Shown one piece after another: positions 1-13,409 of a DNA stretch of 64,000 nucleotides. A model generated the notes under the pieces. It worked only from the letters and a program-made list of their open reading frames with translations. It searched no databases and was not told where the DNA came from. Where the stretch lies: contig MU058289.1 in NCBI GenBank assembly GCA_013265495.1, positions 434,001-498,000 of the forward strand, written 5' to 3'. The stretch comes from Vicugna vicugna (lineage: Eukaryota). The position numbers and the translations under genes were made by a program. Numbering within the stretch: the first letter of the stretch is position 1; every line of letters starts with the position of its first letter.

Positions 1-2582
1 TGCTATTTCATTATTCCTCATCCTATGGCAAATTTTTCATGATAAAGAACAAGTGTCAATAAATTGATTATGATAGTGCCTGGCATATCACATATGCCTG
101 ATAAGTAACTGGGAGATGAACAAGTCAAGCACTGGCAGGCTGCTCCAGTGACAAGACAAGACACATTCTGGTTCCCCAAGGCTTCTAGTCCCCTCCTAGA
201 CTCAAATACTCAAATGTCTCTAAACTCCTGTTTCACCTTTTGGGTCCAGGACCCCACAGTGTTCAGACCAGCCTTCTCTCTCTCCAGACCTAACATACCT
301 TTCCTCTACCTCATTCTAGCTTGGGTGCAAGCAGATGTTAATCCTTCCTAGATCAGACTGGGTGTGCCAATGGGTGGGGCTGGTGGAGGGGCAATAATAG
401 TGTGGGGAGAGGGGAAGATGAGTCAGAGTGAAAGGGAAAATGCAAATGGGCAGGCTGTATTCATTTGCTACTCTGATCGTTAAATATTTTCCATTTCTGA
501 GCTTTCTAACTCCTCACACCACCACACCCAGGGACTCATTAGCTACCCATATAAGACACTTGACTTGGACACAGAAGAGCTCCAATCCCTGACTCCTGCG
601 TATACAGAGGGAAACATCCTTCCTCCAACACAGAAATCCACCCTCCCTGAGCATATGGAACAAGTAGGGGAAGACACAAGGGAGAAACCCCATGTGGGTA
701 TAGGGGTCTGGAAGACTATTACGTCATCACCCACTGCAATGTGGTCCCTCACACCTCCCAGGCCTACATCGTGCGTCCATGACTCAGGTCGCCCACTGGA
801 GGTTTGCCCATTGCTGATCAAAAGAGTTGGAGGCTGTGCTCAAAGGGCAGCATCCTCTTATCCAAATGCAGTTGACAAGGAGTGTCAGCGGGCTTTCAGG
901 AAACCTAAAAGGGAGTAGAAGGGGCAAGGGGACTCCCCGTTCAGTGAACGAAAGCCCCCTAGAATGGGAAACCCCATCTTTCCTCCCGCTTGGTGTCTAC
1001 CCCTACCTAAGGATATCCCTTTAGAGACCGCCTCCTTAGAGGTATCTCTAGGGCCTTCTGCACGTTAGCCCTTCTTCCTACATTCTTGACTGCACAGCCC
1101 AAACCATCTGGCACTGAGCAGTGACAGCAGAAGCAGAAACAAATAGCACTTTGACTTGGAAGGACAGGGACACTGTTGACTGTTTCAATTCTTGAAAGGG
1201 CTCTCCTCCCCAGTCTCAGAAGCCTTGCCCGCCTTCTTCCCAGGCTGATTCAGTAGGAATTGCCTGTAGTTGTCTCCCAGGTGTGGGGCCAGGAAAGCAC
1301 AGATTATGAGGACACAAGCCTGCATTCTGGGAGAGGGTAGAGTGGGTAGGAGAGATAAGGTGGGATATAATTGGAAGAGAAATATATGGGAAAGTAGGTG
1401 TGATTTTTGCCTCAGTCCTTTCTAATTCTCGTATTACTTAATAACATTTGAAATCTGATTTTTTTATTCTTACTAATGGACTTGACCTGCCTTCAGGCAC
1501 AACCCAGCTTGATGTAAAAATGTCAACACAGCAATATAAGTATAGATTCTCTTTAAATATTATAATTAAAACTAAATCATCAGAATATGCCAGTTAGAGG
1601 GATGCTTGTTTTACAAAAAAATTCTCCCTTTATCTCATGTATAAATATTGAGTAACCCCAAATATTGAGTACCCCAAAGCCAAGCTAAACAAGATTCAAT
1701 TTAGAAAAGTTCTATGAACTCTCCACTCTTCCAGAACACACATCGCTTTCTGCAAACTAGTTAAATTCTCCACAGCATTTTATATAGATTAAGAGCAATT
1801 ATCCAAATTTTATATGAACTTTCAAATAGTCACTCTTTTTAGTTAAGTACATCCAACACATGCCAGAGAAGAGACAACACAGGGTGAATTAGTTTCTTTC
1901 TGAAACATAATTTAAGTCTGTGTTCTACGCAACACAAGATCCAGATATAGTAATAGGCAGGTGAGCTGAATCTATGTCACAAACACCCTATCAGCACACC
2001 TTTTGTGGATTAAATGGCAAAAGGACCAGACTAGAATTAAAAACAACCGAGGTTCCACTGCATCCTCGCAGTGGATGGACTTTTTCTACAGTCCTAATAT
2101 GGGGCTAACTCTTATGAGACCCTCAGCTTCCTTACAGGGACTGTTTTCAAGGCCAGTATTGAGTATCAGCATTGCCTCAAGCTCAGGCAGAGGGCCTCAC
2201 TCTGACCTCCTCTAGTTGTGTCCCTCCCTGTGGACTGAAGAGTGCATGGGTATCTAGGAAGTGCCCACCTGGACACTGCCCCTCAATTCTAGACCATGCT
2301 CTGGAAACTCAGAACCCTGGACCTCCTGGCCCAAATGGCCCACTTCCAAGGCTTACATGTTCCTCGGCCCCAGGTCTATACCCTTCAGAGTGGACTGTGT
2401 GACTGATGTATTTGTGTGGCCCTGATTGTGTGGAAGGGACACGTAGACTGAGCTTGGACATGCAGGCTAGTATACGAGACACCTTGAAGTGTGTGCCAAC
2501 ACCAGGTATGGGGGAAAAAGGGGAAATCTCTGCTTCTAGTCTTGCCTAAGCCCCATAAATAATATGGGAGCCTGATTTATTC

Positions 2583-2895
2583 CAGTGGTTCTTAACCTCT
2601 CAGGAGGTCACTAGCCCTTTAAAAATTGTAAGTCATGAAATCAGCTCTTTACATCAGAAAATTGTAGATTCTCATACTGTTTTGCTTATGAGTGAGAAGA
2701 GAGTTGCAGACTGCTCTGTAGCTCGTCCTTGGACAAGTTATACTCCTTCTCACTTAGCCTTGTGGCTGCTTTTGTCCCCCCTCCTGCCAGACAACATGCA
2801 TACAGTTTTTCTTAGTATTTCCAGGAGCCCATAGACCCTTGTAATCCATTCGTAGACCATCCCTTCGCCCCCTCACCCTTGGTTTAAGAACTCTG
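2583..2895. mobile_element. hAT-Charlie-type MITE
   Basis: cagtggttcttaacc ... ggtttaagaactctg TIRs. Confidence 0.5.
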
Positions 2896-3899
2896 GGTGT
2901 ACATGAAATCACCCTGAAAGCTTTAATACCATGCAGAGCTTGAACAGCTGAGTGAAATTGGTATCAACATCCTGCCCCATAAGTATAAAAAGATCTTCAG
3001 TAATGACAACCTGGGTCATTTCCTAAAGAGCAGGATATCTCACACGTCTCTTCTGGGCTCTAGTACAGCATCCACCTTACCCATGCCCTTGCCCCATGCT
3101 TAGAGCCTGGTATCTCCTGGGCATGACTAGAAAGGGTTTGGGGAAGAAGTGGGGACAGGGACTAAAAGGCCCCAGACACAATTCAGTCCTGGTTCTGTCC
3201 AGAGCCACCACAAAGCAATAATACTTCATGGAGGGCAAATAATCTGCTGGGATTTGGAACCTCCAGAAGACCATGAGCCTAATCTCCTGGCCACATTGCC
3301 CAGCCTGGACCCAGTACTGGAAAATCTGCCAAGAGCACATCAACTCAGAATCCAAAGACCCCCCCGAGCCTTGCAGCCACATATTCCCAGCACAGCCTGG
3401 ATGCAGTTTCTCTTTACAACTCCACATTGTGCTTTTGACCTCATTAACACTTACTCTCAGCCTGGGCTGGATCCAAAGATCCCAGAAAACCTCTCAAGTG
3501 CACACCAGTTTCATTTATTGGCCAACAACTCGTAATAACCTCTGGAGAGTCACAGACCTCTCCTAGTCACCAGATCTGGGCTCAGTCCAATTTCTCACAG
3601 TTCAGAGGCCATACCTCATGGCCAATGACCCCACACAGAGCTCCAAGGGCCTCCCAATGCCCCACAACACATTTCCAAACCAGGCTGCCTTAGGGACCAT
3701 GGACCAACTCACATGAGACTAGCCTGGCCTCTGCCCAGCTGGGCCCAAAGTTGCTCAAGAGGCCCCATTTCCAGCCTCTGTAGGGCAGAGGGTGTCCGCA
3801 GAGCCTAAAGCTCTTCCTGACCCTCACGGCGACCACTCAGTTCCCCATATGCCATCTTTGCCTGGGCCAGGCCCAAGCCCAAAGAAAAGTAAGAAAATC

Positions 3900-5350
3900 C
3901 ATGGCACTCACCGACTCAGGCCTTGTTCCTCTCCCCACTCAGCACCACATACACTCAGGGCGGCCCAAGCCCGAGTGGCCGTTAGAAAGTGGGGAGCAGC
4001 TCGAGGCTTGGAAAGCGACGCCCGACCGCGTGCACAGTTCGCCGGTTGCGCCTGGATCCCGAGGCAGACGCTGATTGGCTGCAGCGCTGGCCACACCCTC
4101 TGTGGGGTTCCCGCCTGCTGAGCGTCCTCAACAGCCTGGGAGGCACCGAGGACAGCTCCACTTCCTCACTCCTGCCTCGTGCCCTCTGCTGATTGGCTCC
4201 GGAGCTCGTGCCCACCTGGCTGGCGCTGTGGAGGGACAGGACCTTAAGTCTGATTGGTCCGTGGACTTAAGCTTCAGGCCTCTAACGCTGAGATCTCATC
4301 TGCCACTCCGCTCTCAGTGCTGACTGGCTGCGGAGTTGCTCTGTCCTACTCTCTCTTTGAAGAGACTGGGTGCTGAACCCCCTCGCCCACCTAAATAGCC
4401 TTGGAATCTCCCTCCGCAAGTGCTCAGGCATACCACCACTTTCTTGCGTCTGTCTTTACACCCTGAGTAGCTCTCTTTGCAACCCCCTTCCCCTTTGTCT
4501 GAACCCCTTACAATCGGTGAAGAAGAGTTTGTGATTGGATGGGAGGCCCTGAAGAGCCAGCCAGGCTTTGGGTGCCTGTGGCCAGCTCCCCTTTACCGCA
4601 TCTTGTCCTGCCCTACCACTGGACTGGCACCCTGCCTCACCCGGAAATATACGGGGACAGAAAAGACTCAAGAAGTGGCAGTGCCTTGACCCCCTCACTG
4701 GCTTAGATGCCCGCATTTCAAATACTCATTAATGCCTTGACTGACAGCTGAGCCAGGATTAGCTACGTACTTCATGTACCGGCCCCCACCGTAAAGAGAA
4801 TGGCCCATGGCATTGCCTTGCCTTTAATTGGCCAGGGGTTAAAGCCTGGCCGGTGGGCTTTCTGACGAGGCAAGTCTTGGCGCTGACGCACCGCGCCAAT
4901 CTCTCACTGGCGACCGACTCTCTTCTCGCCAGCCCCGCTGCGGTTGCACCGTTGATTGGCTGGCCCAACTTTCTGGCTTAGCCTGGACACAGCCAATGAG
5001 GAGAGAAGGCGCTTTACGGAGGCGGGCATTGCTCCACCGCTGCCACTTTTGATTGGTCCAGAGGCTTGCATCTTTGCCTTTGATTGGTCAGCGGACCGGG
5101 AGGCGGGAGCCCAGCCCAACGGTTTCGGGCCGCGGTTAGAGTTCTGTCCCTTTGCTTCTGCTTTTCGGGGCTCTGGTGAGTGCTGTCTGGCGTCTTCTTT
5201 CCTGCGGCTAGTTGAAGAACTGGGGGTGGGGAGTGTGGTGAGGAAGGAGCTGGAGAGGCCCTGCTGAGGAGGCCGAGACTCAGAAGAGCCTGGGATAATC
5301 GGGACCGAGATCGCCTAAGGCGAGTACCGGGCACGCGAGCTCTACCCCTT
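3900..5350. promoter_or_regulatory. CpG-rich, CCAAT-dense bidirectional promoter; probably the upstream ZBTB32 promoter / first exon
   Basis: About 9 ATTGG/CCAAT boxes and CpG enrichment. Minus-strand donor CG|GTGAGT at 3912 and plus-strand donor TG|GTGAGT at 5175. ZBTB32 is inferred only from the human gene order UPK1A-ZBTB32-KMT2B. Confidence 0.65.
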
Positions 5351-6916
5351 CAAATAGGGGATACAGGCGCTGTAGTAACAGTAAAAAGAGCTCCAGGTTG
5401 CTGAGCCCTTTCCGTGTACTACACTTTGTGCATCATCTCATTGAATCCTTCTAAATATACCTGTGAGGGAGCAGATTACTATGTCGGACTAAATGCTAAC
5501 GATCAGAGGTGAAGTCCCTTGCCTCAGATCCCATAGCGAGTGTGGGCATTGCTGGGACTCCGACCTTGTTCTGGTGAGAGTCCAGCATTCAAGCTACACT
5601 ACCATTAAGTAGGATTGATCTAGTAGCTGTGGAATGGGATCTGATGTGGTCGTGGTTGACCTTGGTTTACTTCATTTATAAATGAGGAGGTTTTGTTTGG
5701 TTGGTTTGGGATTTTTTTTGGAATTGAATCTGATCCTGAAGGATTCAGCACTCAGCACGTATTTTCAACAACTCAAACTTTCAGGCAAATGCATTTGCGT
5801 TTTAGAAAAGGATATTTTAAAAATTAGTATGATAATATTGAACTAGGCCTGTTGCAGTTCGACTCCAGAATCTAAGCTCCTAAACATTGATACACACTGT
5901 CTCCCATTCTAACAGCTACAGTGTCCAGAGTGTGGGCACCCATGGTCTTGGGAAATCCTCATAGCCACCCTAGGAAAAGGAAAGATAACAATGACCACTG
6001 AAACAGACAACTGAGGCTCATGGAGCTGAGATACTCATCTCAGCTCTCACAGCTGGTCCATGGCTGATCAAGGAGTATATATATGATATATAATCTTCTG
6101 AATCCAAACCCACATTCTTAATCACCTCTCACACTGTTTCCTTCCCATTTGATGGATGAAGAAACAGGTCCTGAGGATACATCAAAGCTAGGATTCATAA
6201 CCAGTTCTATCAGACCCAAGAGATCACCCCCTAAACCACGTTGCCTCCTGGAAGCGCTTGTCTTATAGATCCTGTGTTGGGTCAGGTAAGAAGTCCTCTC
6301 AGCCAGCCAGCCTTGTCTGCAAGCAATGAGGTCATCTGGTCCCAACTTTGGCCCTAAAGGTGGTTGGGACATATTTCACAGCCTCAGACCTTTGGGAGCT
6401 TCTTATTAAGAAGCCTTAATCATAATTGCTACAATTTATTGAACACTTTTTTTAAACAACCAGTTATTGAACACTTTTTATGAGCCACGTGGGGTGGAAA
6501 GCATTCTGAGTGTGTCATCTCACCAAATCTTTTAATGATTCCAGGATATATGGATTGTTATTGTCCGCATTTTACATGTGAGGAAACTGAGGCCCGGGGA
6601 GGGATGCAACATTTCTGTGTTTACAGGGCTAGTGAATGGTGGAGCCTGGACTGGAACTCAAGAGCCTTGGTATAGAGCCCTCAGTTCCAGCTACCCAATG
6701 TGTTCAGGCCTGAGAGGATGGAGTGAGGGATCCTGGGTTCTGGCAAGATGGAGTAGGAAAGGCTATTGGCTTCATTCTGGAGGCTGGATTGTAAGATTAG
6801 ACAAGTAAAGAAATAGCTATGGCTTATTGAGCAACTACCTCATGCCAGGCCCTGTGTCAACTACACTTTAATGTATACTGAGAAACAGAGAGCTTTGTGG
6901 CTAAGAAGGTGGACAC

Positions 6917-7052
6917 TGGTGGCTCACAGTGAAAAAAACTGTGACAGTGAATATATGTATATTCATGTATAACTGCACAATTGTGCTCTACACTGGGATT
7001 TGACACAACATTGTAAAATGACCATAACTCAATTAAAAAAGTTAAAAAAAAA
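6917..7052 (+). mobile_element. L1 3' terminal fragment
   Basis: Matches 44185-44320 (gtggctcacag...gacacaacattgtaaaa...A tail). Confidence 0.85.
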
Positions 7053-8157
7053 GAGGCACGTGGAAAAGGATTTGCAGGTAACTACTCAGCAATGTAAAAG
7101 AAGCAACAACTGAGACAACAAAGTGGCCAAATCCAAAACCAACACGATGAGTGAAAGAAACCAGACACATAAAAATGCAAGATATATGATACCATTTCTG
7201 TGAACCTCCAGAAAAAACAAATCTTACATACAATGGCAACAATAATGACAACATCTCAGTGGCTTGGGTCATCTTGGGACCCAAGTTGGGGTGATGGAAA
7301 TGTTTTGTATATTGAGTTTAGCGGTGGCTACACAAATAACATACATTTATCAAATCACATTAAAGTTTACATTTAAGAATTCAAAAAAAAAAAAGAAAAG
7401 AAAGAAAGTGGACAGTGGATCCAAACTGCCTGGATTCATGTCCTGGCCTTCCTCCTTGCTAACAGTGAGACCTCTGGCAGGTTACTTAACGTCTCTTGGC
7501 CTCAACTTCCTCATCTGTAAGGTAGGGATAGTGACAATAAATACCTGTCAGGACTGCTGAGAGGATTAAATGAACTAATAGAACAGTGACATCTCTTCCC
7601 TTCCCCAATGCCCTGAAACCAAACTATTTCCTTGCAATCCACATCACCTGCCTTGACTCTGGTGTAGACACTGAAAATTAAGACAAAATATTTACGATGG
7701 GAATGTCTAGATGAAGTGTGTTCCCAGAAGAGGTAGCAAGTGCAAAGGCCCTGAGACAGGAGTAAACTTAGCATGTCTGAGGTGCAGCTAGAAGTCTGAC
7801 TGGAGTTAGGCAGATGACTAAGACTCAGGGGCTCGGCTCAACTATATACATTCTTATAACAGGCATCAAAATGACCCTGTACTTTCCAGAGCATCATGCA
7901 CTTTACCCAAGCTTTGATCTCTGGAGAAACTCAAGACCATGATTATTTTTGAGGGTCAGTGCCCCAGGTTGCACAGGAATTTAGAGATGAAGCTTAGAAC
8001 TCAGGTTGTCTTGCACTAGGACTTGAACCAAGGCTCCAGAGGTCAGGAGACTTGCATTTACTCAAATATTTGTTAAACTCCAACAGCATACGCCATCTGT
8101 GCTGAGCCCTGGAGAAGACTCAGTCCCTCTGAAATCTTTAAATTCGAAGATTTAAGT

Positions 8158-8289
8158 GGGGAGGATATAGCTCAGTTGTAGCGTGCATTCTTAGCGTCCA
8201 TGAGGTCCTGGGTTCAATCTCCAGTATCCCCATCAAAATAAGTAAGTAAATAAATAAACCTAATTACTCCCCCCAAGACAATTTTTTTT
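8158..8289 (+). mobile_element. tRNA-derived SINE
   Basis: ggggaggatatagctcagt (A box) ... gggttcaatctcc (B box), A-rich tail, degenerate TSD aattc(g/t)aag(a/g)tttaa. Confidence 0.88.
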
Positions 8290-8535
8290 AATTCTAAGGT
8301 TTAACCCCCTACAAAGGAATTAGACCTTAAAACATATCCTTCCAGAACCAAGTGGAAAATGTAGCAAATAAAGCCCAGAAGGGGCACTTAAGCCAAGGCT
8401 GGGGGAGGGAGAAGGGGAAGAGAATATTTCCAGAGAAGATGGTGACACCTAAGTATATATTTTTGGAAGCCCTACTATATGCTAGGCATGGCGTTTACCC
8501 CAAGGTATATATAATGGCAAACAGGAGAGACCAAG

Positions 8536-9281
8536 TGTGTTAGTCTGCTAGGGCTGCTGTAACAAAATGCCACAGACTGTGTGGCATTTTGTTACAGCAA
8601 TAAACAATAGAAATTTATTTCTCACAGTTTTGGAGCCTGGAAGTTCAAAATCAAGGTGCCAGTTGGTTTGGTTTCTCCTGAGGTCTCTCTCTCTGGTTTG
8701 TACTGTGTCCTCACATGGTCTTCTCTCTGTGCATGCTGTCTCTTCCTCTTTGTATCAAAGTGTCATAAACAGAACGCTTCTGTCCCTCAAAAAATTCGTA
8801 TATTGAAATCTAGTCCCCAATGTGAGGATATTTGGAGGTGGGGCCTTTGGGTAGTTGGTTAGAGGATAAGGGTGGAGCCTTCGTGAATGGAATTAGTGTC
8901 CTTCTAAAAGAGGCCCCAGAGCGCTCCCTTGGCCCTTCCACCATGTGATGTTACAGTGAGAAGACAGACATCTATTAACCAGAAATTGGGCCCTCACCAG
9001 ACACCAAATCTGCCAGTGCCTGATCCTGGACTTCCCAGCCTTTGGAACTGTGAATAATCAACTTCTGTTCCTTATAATCTACCCAGTCTATGATAACCCT
9101 TTATGGAAGCCCAAACAGACTGAGACAGAAGGACATCAGTCCAGTTGGATTAGGGCCCGCTCTTATGCCCTCATTTAACTTAATGCCCTCCTTAAAAGCC
9201 ATATCTCCAGATACAGTCACATTGAGGGCTGAGGCTTCAACATGTGAATTTGGGGGCAGAGGCATAATTCAGTCTATAACA
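8536..9281. mobile_element. Nested MaLR solo LTRs: MLT1A-like (8761-9127) inside another MLT1
   Basis: Outer element runs TGTGTTAGTC...CAGTCTATAACA. The inner TG...GAGACA element interrupts it at about 8760/9128. Confidence 0.75.
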
Positions 9282-10019
9282 CCAAGTATCTACCATTGAG
9301 GAATCACAGTCTGGTAGGAGAGATGCATATTATTCACATCACGACGAAGGAGCAGAACAGAATGGTTAAGGTGTCAGCTCTGGAATCAGACTGACAGAGT
9401 TTCAGTCCTGCCTCTATCATTTACCAGCTGTATGACTTTGAGCAAGTTTCTTCCACTTTCTGTGCGTTGAGAGAATCAAATGAGCAGATACACATGAAGT
9501 CCTTAGGACAACCCTTGGCACAGAGTAAGTGCTGGCTATTGTTATTAATTAAAAATAAAATTAAAACTGTGCTAAATGCTCCAAAGAAAGGCCACAAGAT
9601 AGATTAAGAAAGTAAAACTCTGATCTGGCTAGTGTTCTCAAGAAGGACTTCCTGGAGGAAGTGATGCTTGCACTCAGATCTGAAGGATGAGTACTCACTA
9701 ACCAGACTAGGGAGAGGGTTCCAGGCAGTAGGAAAGTAGGTTCCAGAGCTCTGGGCTGGGAGGAAACATGGCCTGGAAGTCCAATGTCTCTGGAGCAGGG
9801 AGAGCAAAGCAAGGAGGAACAGGGGAGGCAGGGGAGAGAGAGGCTGGATGTGGTCGGCAGGACCTGGTCTAGTTGGTCATGCTCAGGAGTGCTGGCATTC
9901 TCCTAAGAGCCATACAAAATCACAGAAGTGTCTATTTTTTTTTTAACAGAGAACAGTTTAATGAACCCCTATGTACTTATCACCCAGATGCAAGAGTAAT
10001 CAACATTCTCTTAGTTTTT

Positions 10020-10184
10020 AAAAATACATATTTTTATCAAAGTATAGTCAGTTTACAATGTTGTGTCAATTTCTGGTGTACAGCACAATGCTTCAGTCAT
10101 ATAGGAACACACGTACATTTGTTTTCATATTCTTTTTCAGCGTAAGTTACTACAAGATATTGAATATAGTTCCCTGTGCTATAT
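10020..10184 (-). mobile_element. Short L1 3' fragment with perfect 18-bp TSD
   Basis: aacattctcttagttttt at 10002-10019 and 10185-10202. Confidence 0.88.
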
Positions 10185-10449
10185 AACATTCTCTTAGTTT
10201 TTCATCAATACACTCTTAGTTTTTTCCTTTTAAGTATTTTTCTCCCTGAACATAGTCTACTCAACAGTGAAAGCTATTGGGACAAAAATCTCTTGAGAAG
10301 GAAATATACAAACATACTTTATTAGGGAGAAAATGTACACACACTTGGTTTTATCTAGTGATAATGTACACTTTTTAAATGACACATTTTGTGAAATACG
10401 TTGAAAACGCCTTAAAAATGTTTGGCACCAACCAATAGCATTTAAAGTA

Positions 10450-12612
10450 CAAGCAGACCTCAATTTATTGTGTTTTGTAGATACTTGATTTTTTTTCACA
10501 AACTAAAGGTTTATGGCAACCCTGTGTGGAGCAAGTCTATTGGTGCCATTTTTCTAACAGCATTTTCTCACTTCATGGTTCTGTCTCATATTTTGGTAAT
10601 TCTTACAATATTTAAAACGTTTTCATTATTTTATTTTTATGGTGATTTGTGATCAGTGATATTCGATGTTACTATTGTAATTGTTCCGGAGCACCACAAA
10701 CCGCGCCCACACAAGGCAGCGAACTTAACTGATAAATGTTGTGTGTGCTCTAAACGCTCCACTAGTCAGCTGTTCCCCCGTCTGTCTCTCTCCTAGGGTC
10801 TCCCAATTCCTTGAAAAACAACAGTGTTGAAATTAGACCAATTAATAACCCTACAATGGCCTCTAAGTGCTCAAGTGAAAGAGTTGCATGTCTGTCACTT
10901 TAAATCAAAAGCGAGAAATGATTAAGCTTAGTGAGAAAGGGATGTTGAAAGCCCAGACAGGCTGAAAGTGAGGCCTCTTGCGCCAAACAGTTCACCAAGT
11001 TGTGAGTGCAAAGGAAAAGTTCTTGAAGGAAATTAAAAGTACTATTCCAGTGAACATATGAGTGATAAAGTGAAACAGCCTTCTTGTTGATATGGAGAAA
11101 GTTTTTGATAGAAGACCCGAACAAGCACAACATTTGCTTAAGCCAAAGCCCCATCCAGAACAAGATCCCTAACTCTCTTCAATTCTGTGAAGGCTGAGAG
11201 AGGTGAGGAAGCTGCAGAAGAAAAGTCTAAAGCAAGCAGAGGTTGGTGTGTGAGATTTAAGGGAAGTCAATGCCTGGCTTTGAAACTTCAAAGGACAGGC
11301 TGCTGACTTGTTAGGGGCTAATGTAGCTGGTGACTTGAAGTAGAAGCCAGTGCTCATTTACCATTCTGAAAGTACTAGGGCCCGTAAGAATTATGTTAAA
11401 TCTCCTCTGCCTGTGTTTTGTAAATGCAACAACAAAGCCTGGATGACAGCACATCTGGTTACATGGTTTACTGAATACTTTAAGCTCACTGTTAAGACCT
11501 ACTGCTCAGAAAAAAAAAAAAAGATTCCTTTCAAAACGTTAATGCTTGCTGACAATGCACCTAGTCACCCAAAATCTCTGATGGAGATGTACAGTGAGAT
11601 TCATGGTGTTTTTATGCCTGCTAATACAACTGCTAATACAACATCTACTCTGCAGCCCATGGATCAAGTCGCGTTTTGACTTTCAGGTCTTACTATTTAA
11701 GAAATACATTTTGTAAGGCTATGCTTCCGTAGATAGTGATTCTTCTGATGGATCTGGGCAAAGTAAATTGAAAACCTGGAAAGGATTTGCCATTCTAGAT
11801 GCCATTAAGAATATCGTGATTCACTGGACAAGGTCAAAATATCAGCATTAACAGGAGGTTGGAAAAAGTTGATTCCAACACTTACGAATGATTTTGAGAG
11901 GTTCAAGACTTCCATGGAGGAAGTGATGAAAATAGCAAGAGATCTAGAATTAGAAGGGGAGCCTAAAGATGTGGCTGAATTGTGGCAATCTCATTGTAAC
12001 ATTTTCACGGATGAGCAGTTGCTTCTAATAAACGAGTAAAGAAAGTGGTTTCTTGAGATGGAATCGATTCCTGGTGAAGACGCTGTGAAGATTGTTGAAA
12101 TGGCAACAAAGGATTTAGAATATCACATAAACTTAGTTGATAAAGTAGCACTCCAATTTTGAAAGTTCTACTGTTGGTAAAATGCTATTAAGCAGCATTG
12201 CATACTACAGAGAAGGAAGAGGCAGTTTAAAAGGAAGAGTCAGTTGATGTAGCTAAATTCATTGTTGTTTTATTTTAATAAATTGCTGTAGTCACTCCAA
12301 TTTTCAGCAACCACTACACTGACCAGTCAACAACCATGAACATCAAGGCAACCTGCTCCATCAGGGAAAAAATTATGACTCTCTGAAGGCTCAAATGATG
12401 GTTACCTTTTTTTAACCATAAAATATTTTAAAATTAGGATGTATATATTGTATTTTTATACATAATGCCACTTCACAGTTGATAGACTACAGTATAGTGT
12501 AAACCTACTATATGTGGGGAAACCAAAAAATTTCTCTGACTTGCTTTTTTGCAGTATTCACCTTATTGAGGTAGTCTGGAACTGAACCTGCAATGTCTTT
12601 GAAGTATGCCTG
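10450..12612 (+). mobile_element. Tigger1 DNA transposon (TcMar-Tigger), near full length, decayed
   Basis: TA|CAAGCAGACCTC ... GAAGTATGCCTG|TA terminal inverted repeats with TA TSD. DDE transposase remnant at 11350-11679 (NNKAWMT...DNAPSHP...TTSTLQPMDQ). Confidence 0.92.
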
Positions 12613-13079
12613 TATTTTAAAAGAATGTTTTTGGAAGATTAAATTTGATTGGGATTTTATCACTCACTCTGCTTGAGGATTAATATGGTAAGCATTCTAA
12701 ATATAAGCATCTATGTTCAAAATAGGGCTATTACCCAGAAAGTATCTTGATATTTAAATTTAAAACATATTATGGGAATCATGGTGTCTTTTGACCTCAT
12801 TTCTTCCTGATCAGAAAATTTACCTTTACTGAATAAATTGCTGCCATGGCATGGAAATGAACCATAAACTAATCTATTTTTGGCCTGATTGGTAGTCACT
12901 TCCTTTAGGAAGATCAGGAAAGTCTAATAAGGAATAGCACTTGTGTCTCATGATTGTAAATCTCCAAAGTGTCAGTGATTGCACTTGTTATTTCTAGATC
13001 AATCCTTTGTAAGTCTGAGTGGTATCTCAGTTGATATTAGGCAGGGATGTGATCAACAGATGTAATGCTGGGACTAGCA

Positions 13080-13325
13080 ATTTGGTCTTTTATATATTAA
13101 CCTTGTATCCTGCAACTTTGCTATAATAACTTATTAGTTCTAGGAGGGTTTTTTTGGTCAATTCTTTTGGGCTTTCTATGTAGACAGTTATGTTATCTGC
13201 AAACAAAAACAGCTTTATTTCTCCTTCTCTATCTGTGTACCTTTTATTTCCCTTTCTTGCCTTAAAGCATTAGCTAGGGCTTCCAGTATGATGCTGAAAA
13301 AAGTGGTGAGATGAGACATCCTTGG
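13080..13325 (-). mobile_element. Older L1 ORF2 fragment
   Basis: Resembles the L1 ORF2 segment at 15370-15600 (ttgtatcctgc...agtggtgaga). Confidence 0.7.
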
Positions 13326-13409
13326 CAATTTGATCTTAGGTGTTCTTTTTGTACAGCAAGAGGAACTTGAATACTAGGGGCCTTCACATATATATGTGTA
13401 TATATATAT

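Noticed and set aside
1..3900. ZBTB32 coding exons
   Set aside because: No BTB or C2H2 zinc-finger translation is visible; this is probably intron 1.
8158..8235. tRNA-like A/B-box sequences here and at six other sites
   Set aside because: They are heads of a dispersed SINE with A-rich tails and TSDs, not tRNA genes.
11350..11679. Domesticated TIGD-like gene
   Set aside because: The flanking transposase frames are broken by stops, frameshifts and a deletion, so this is a fossil Tigger1.
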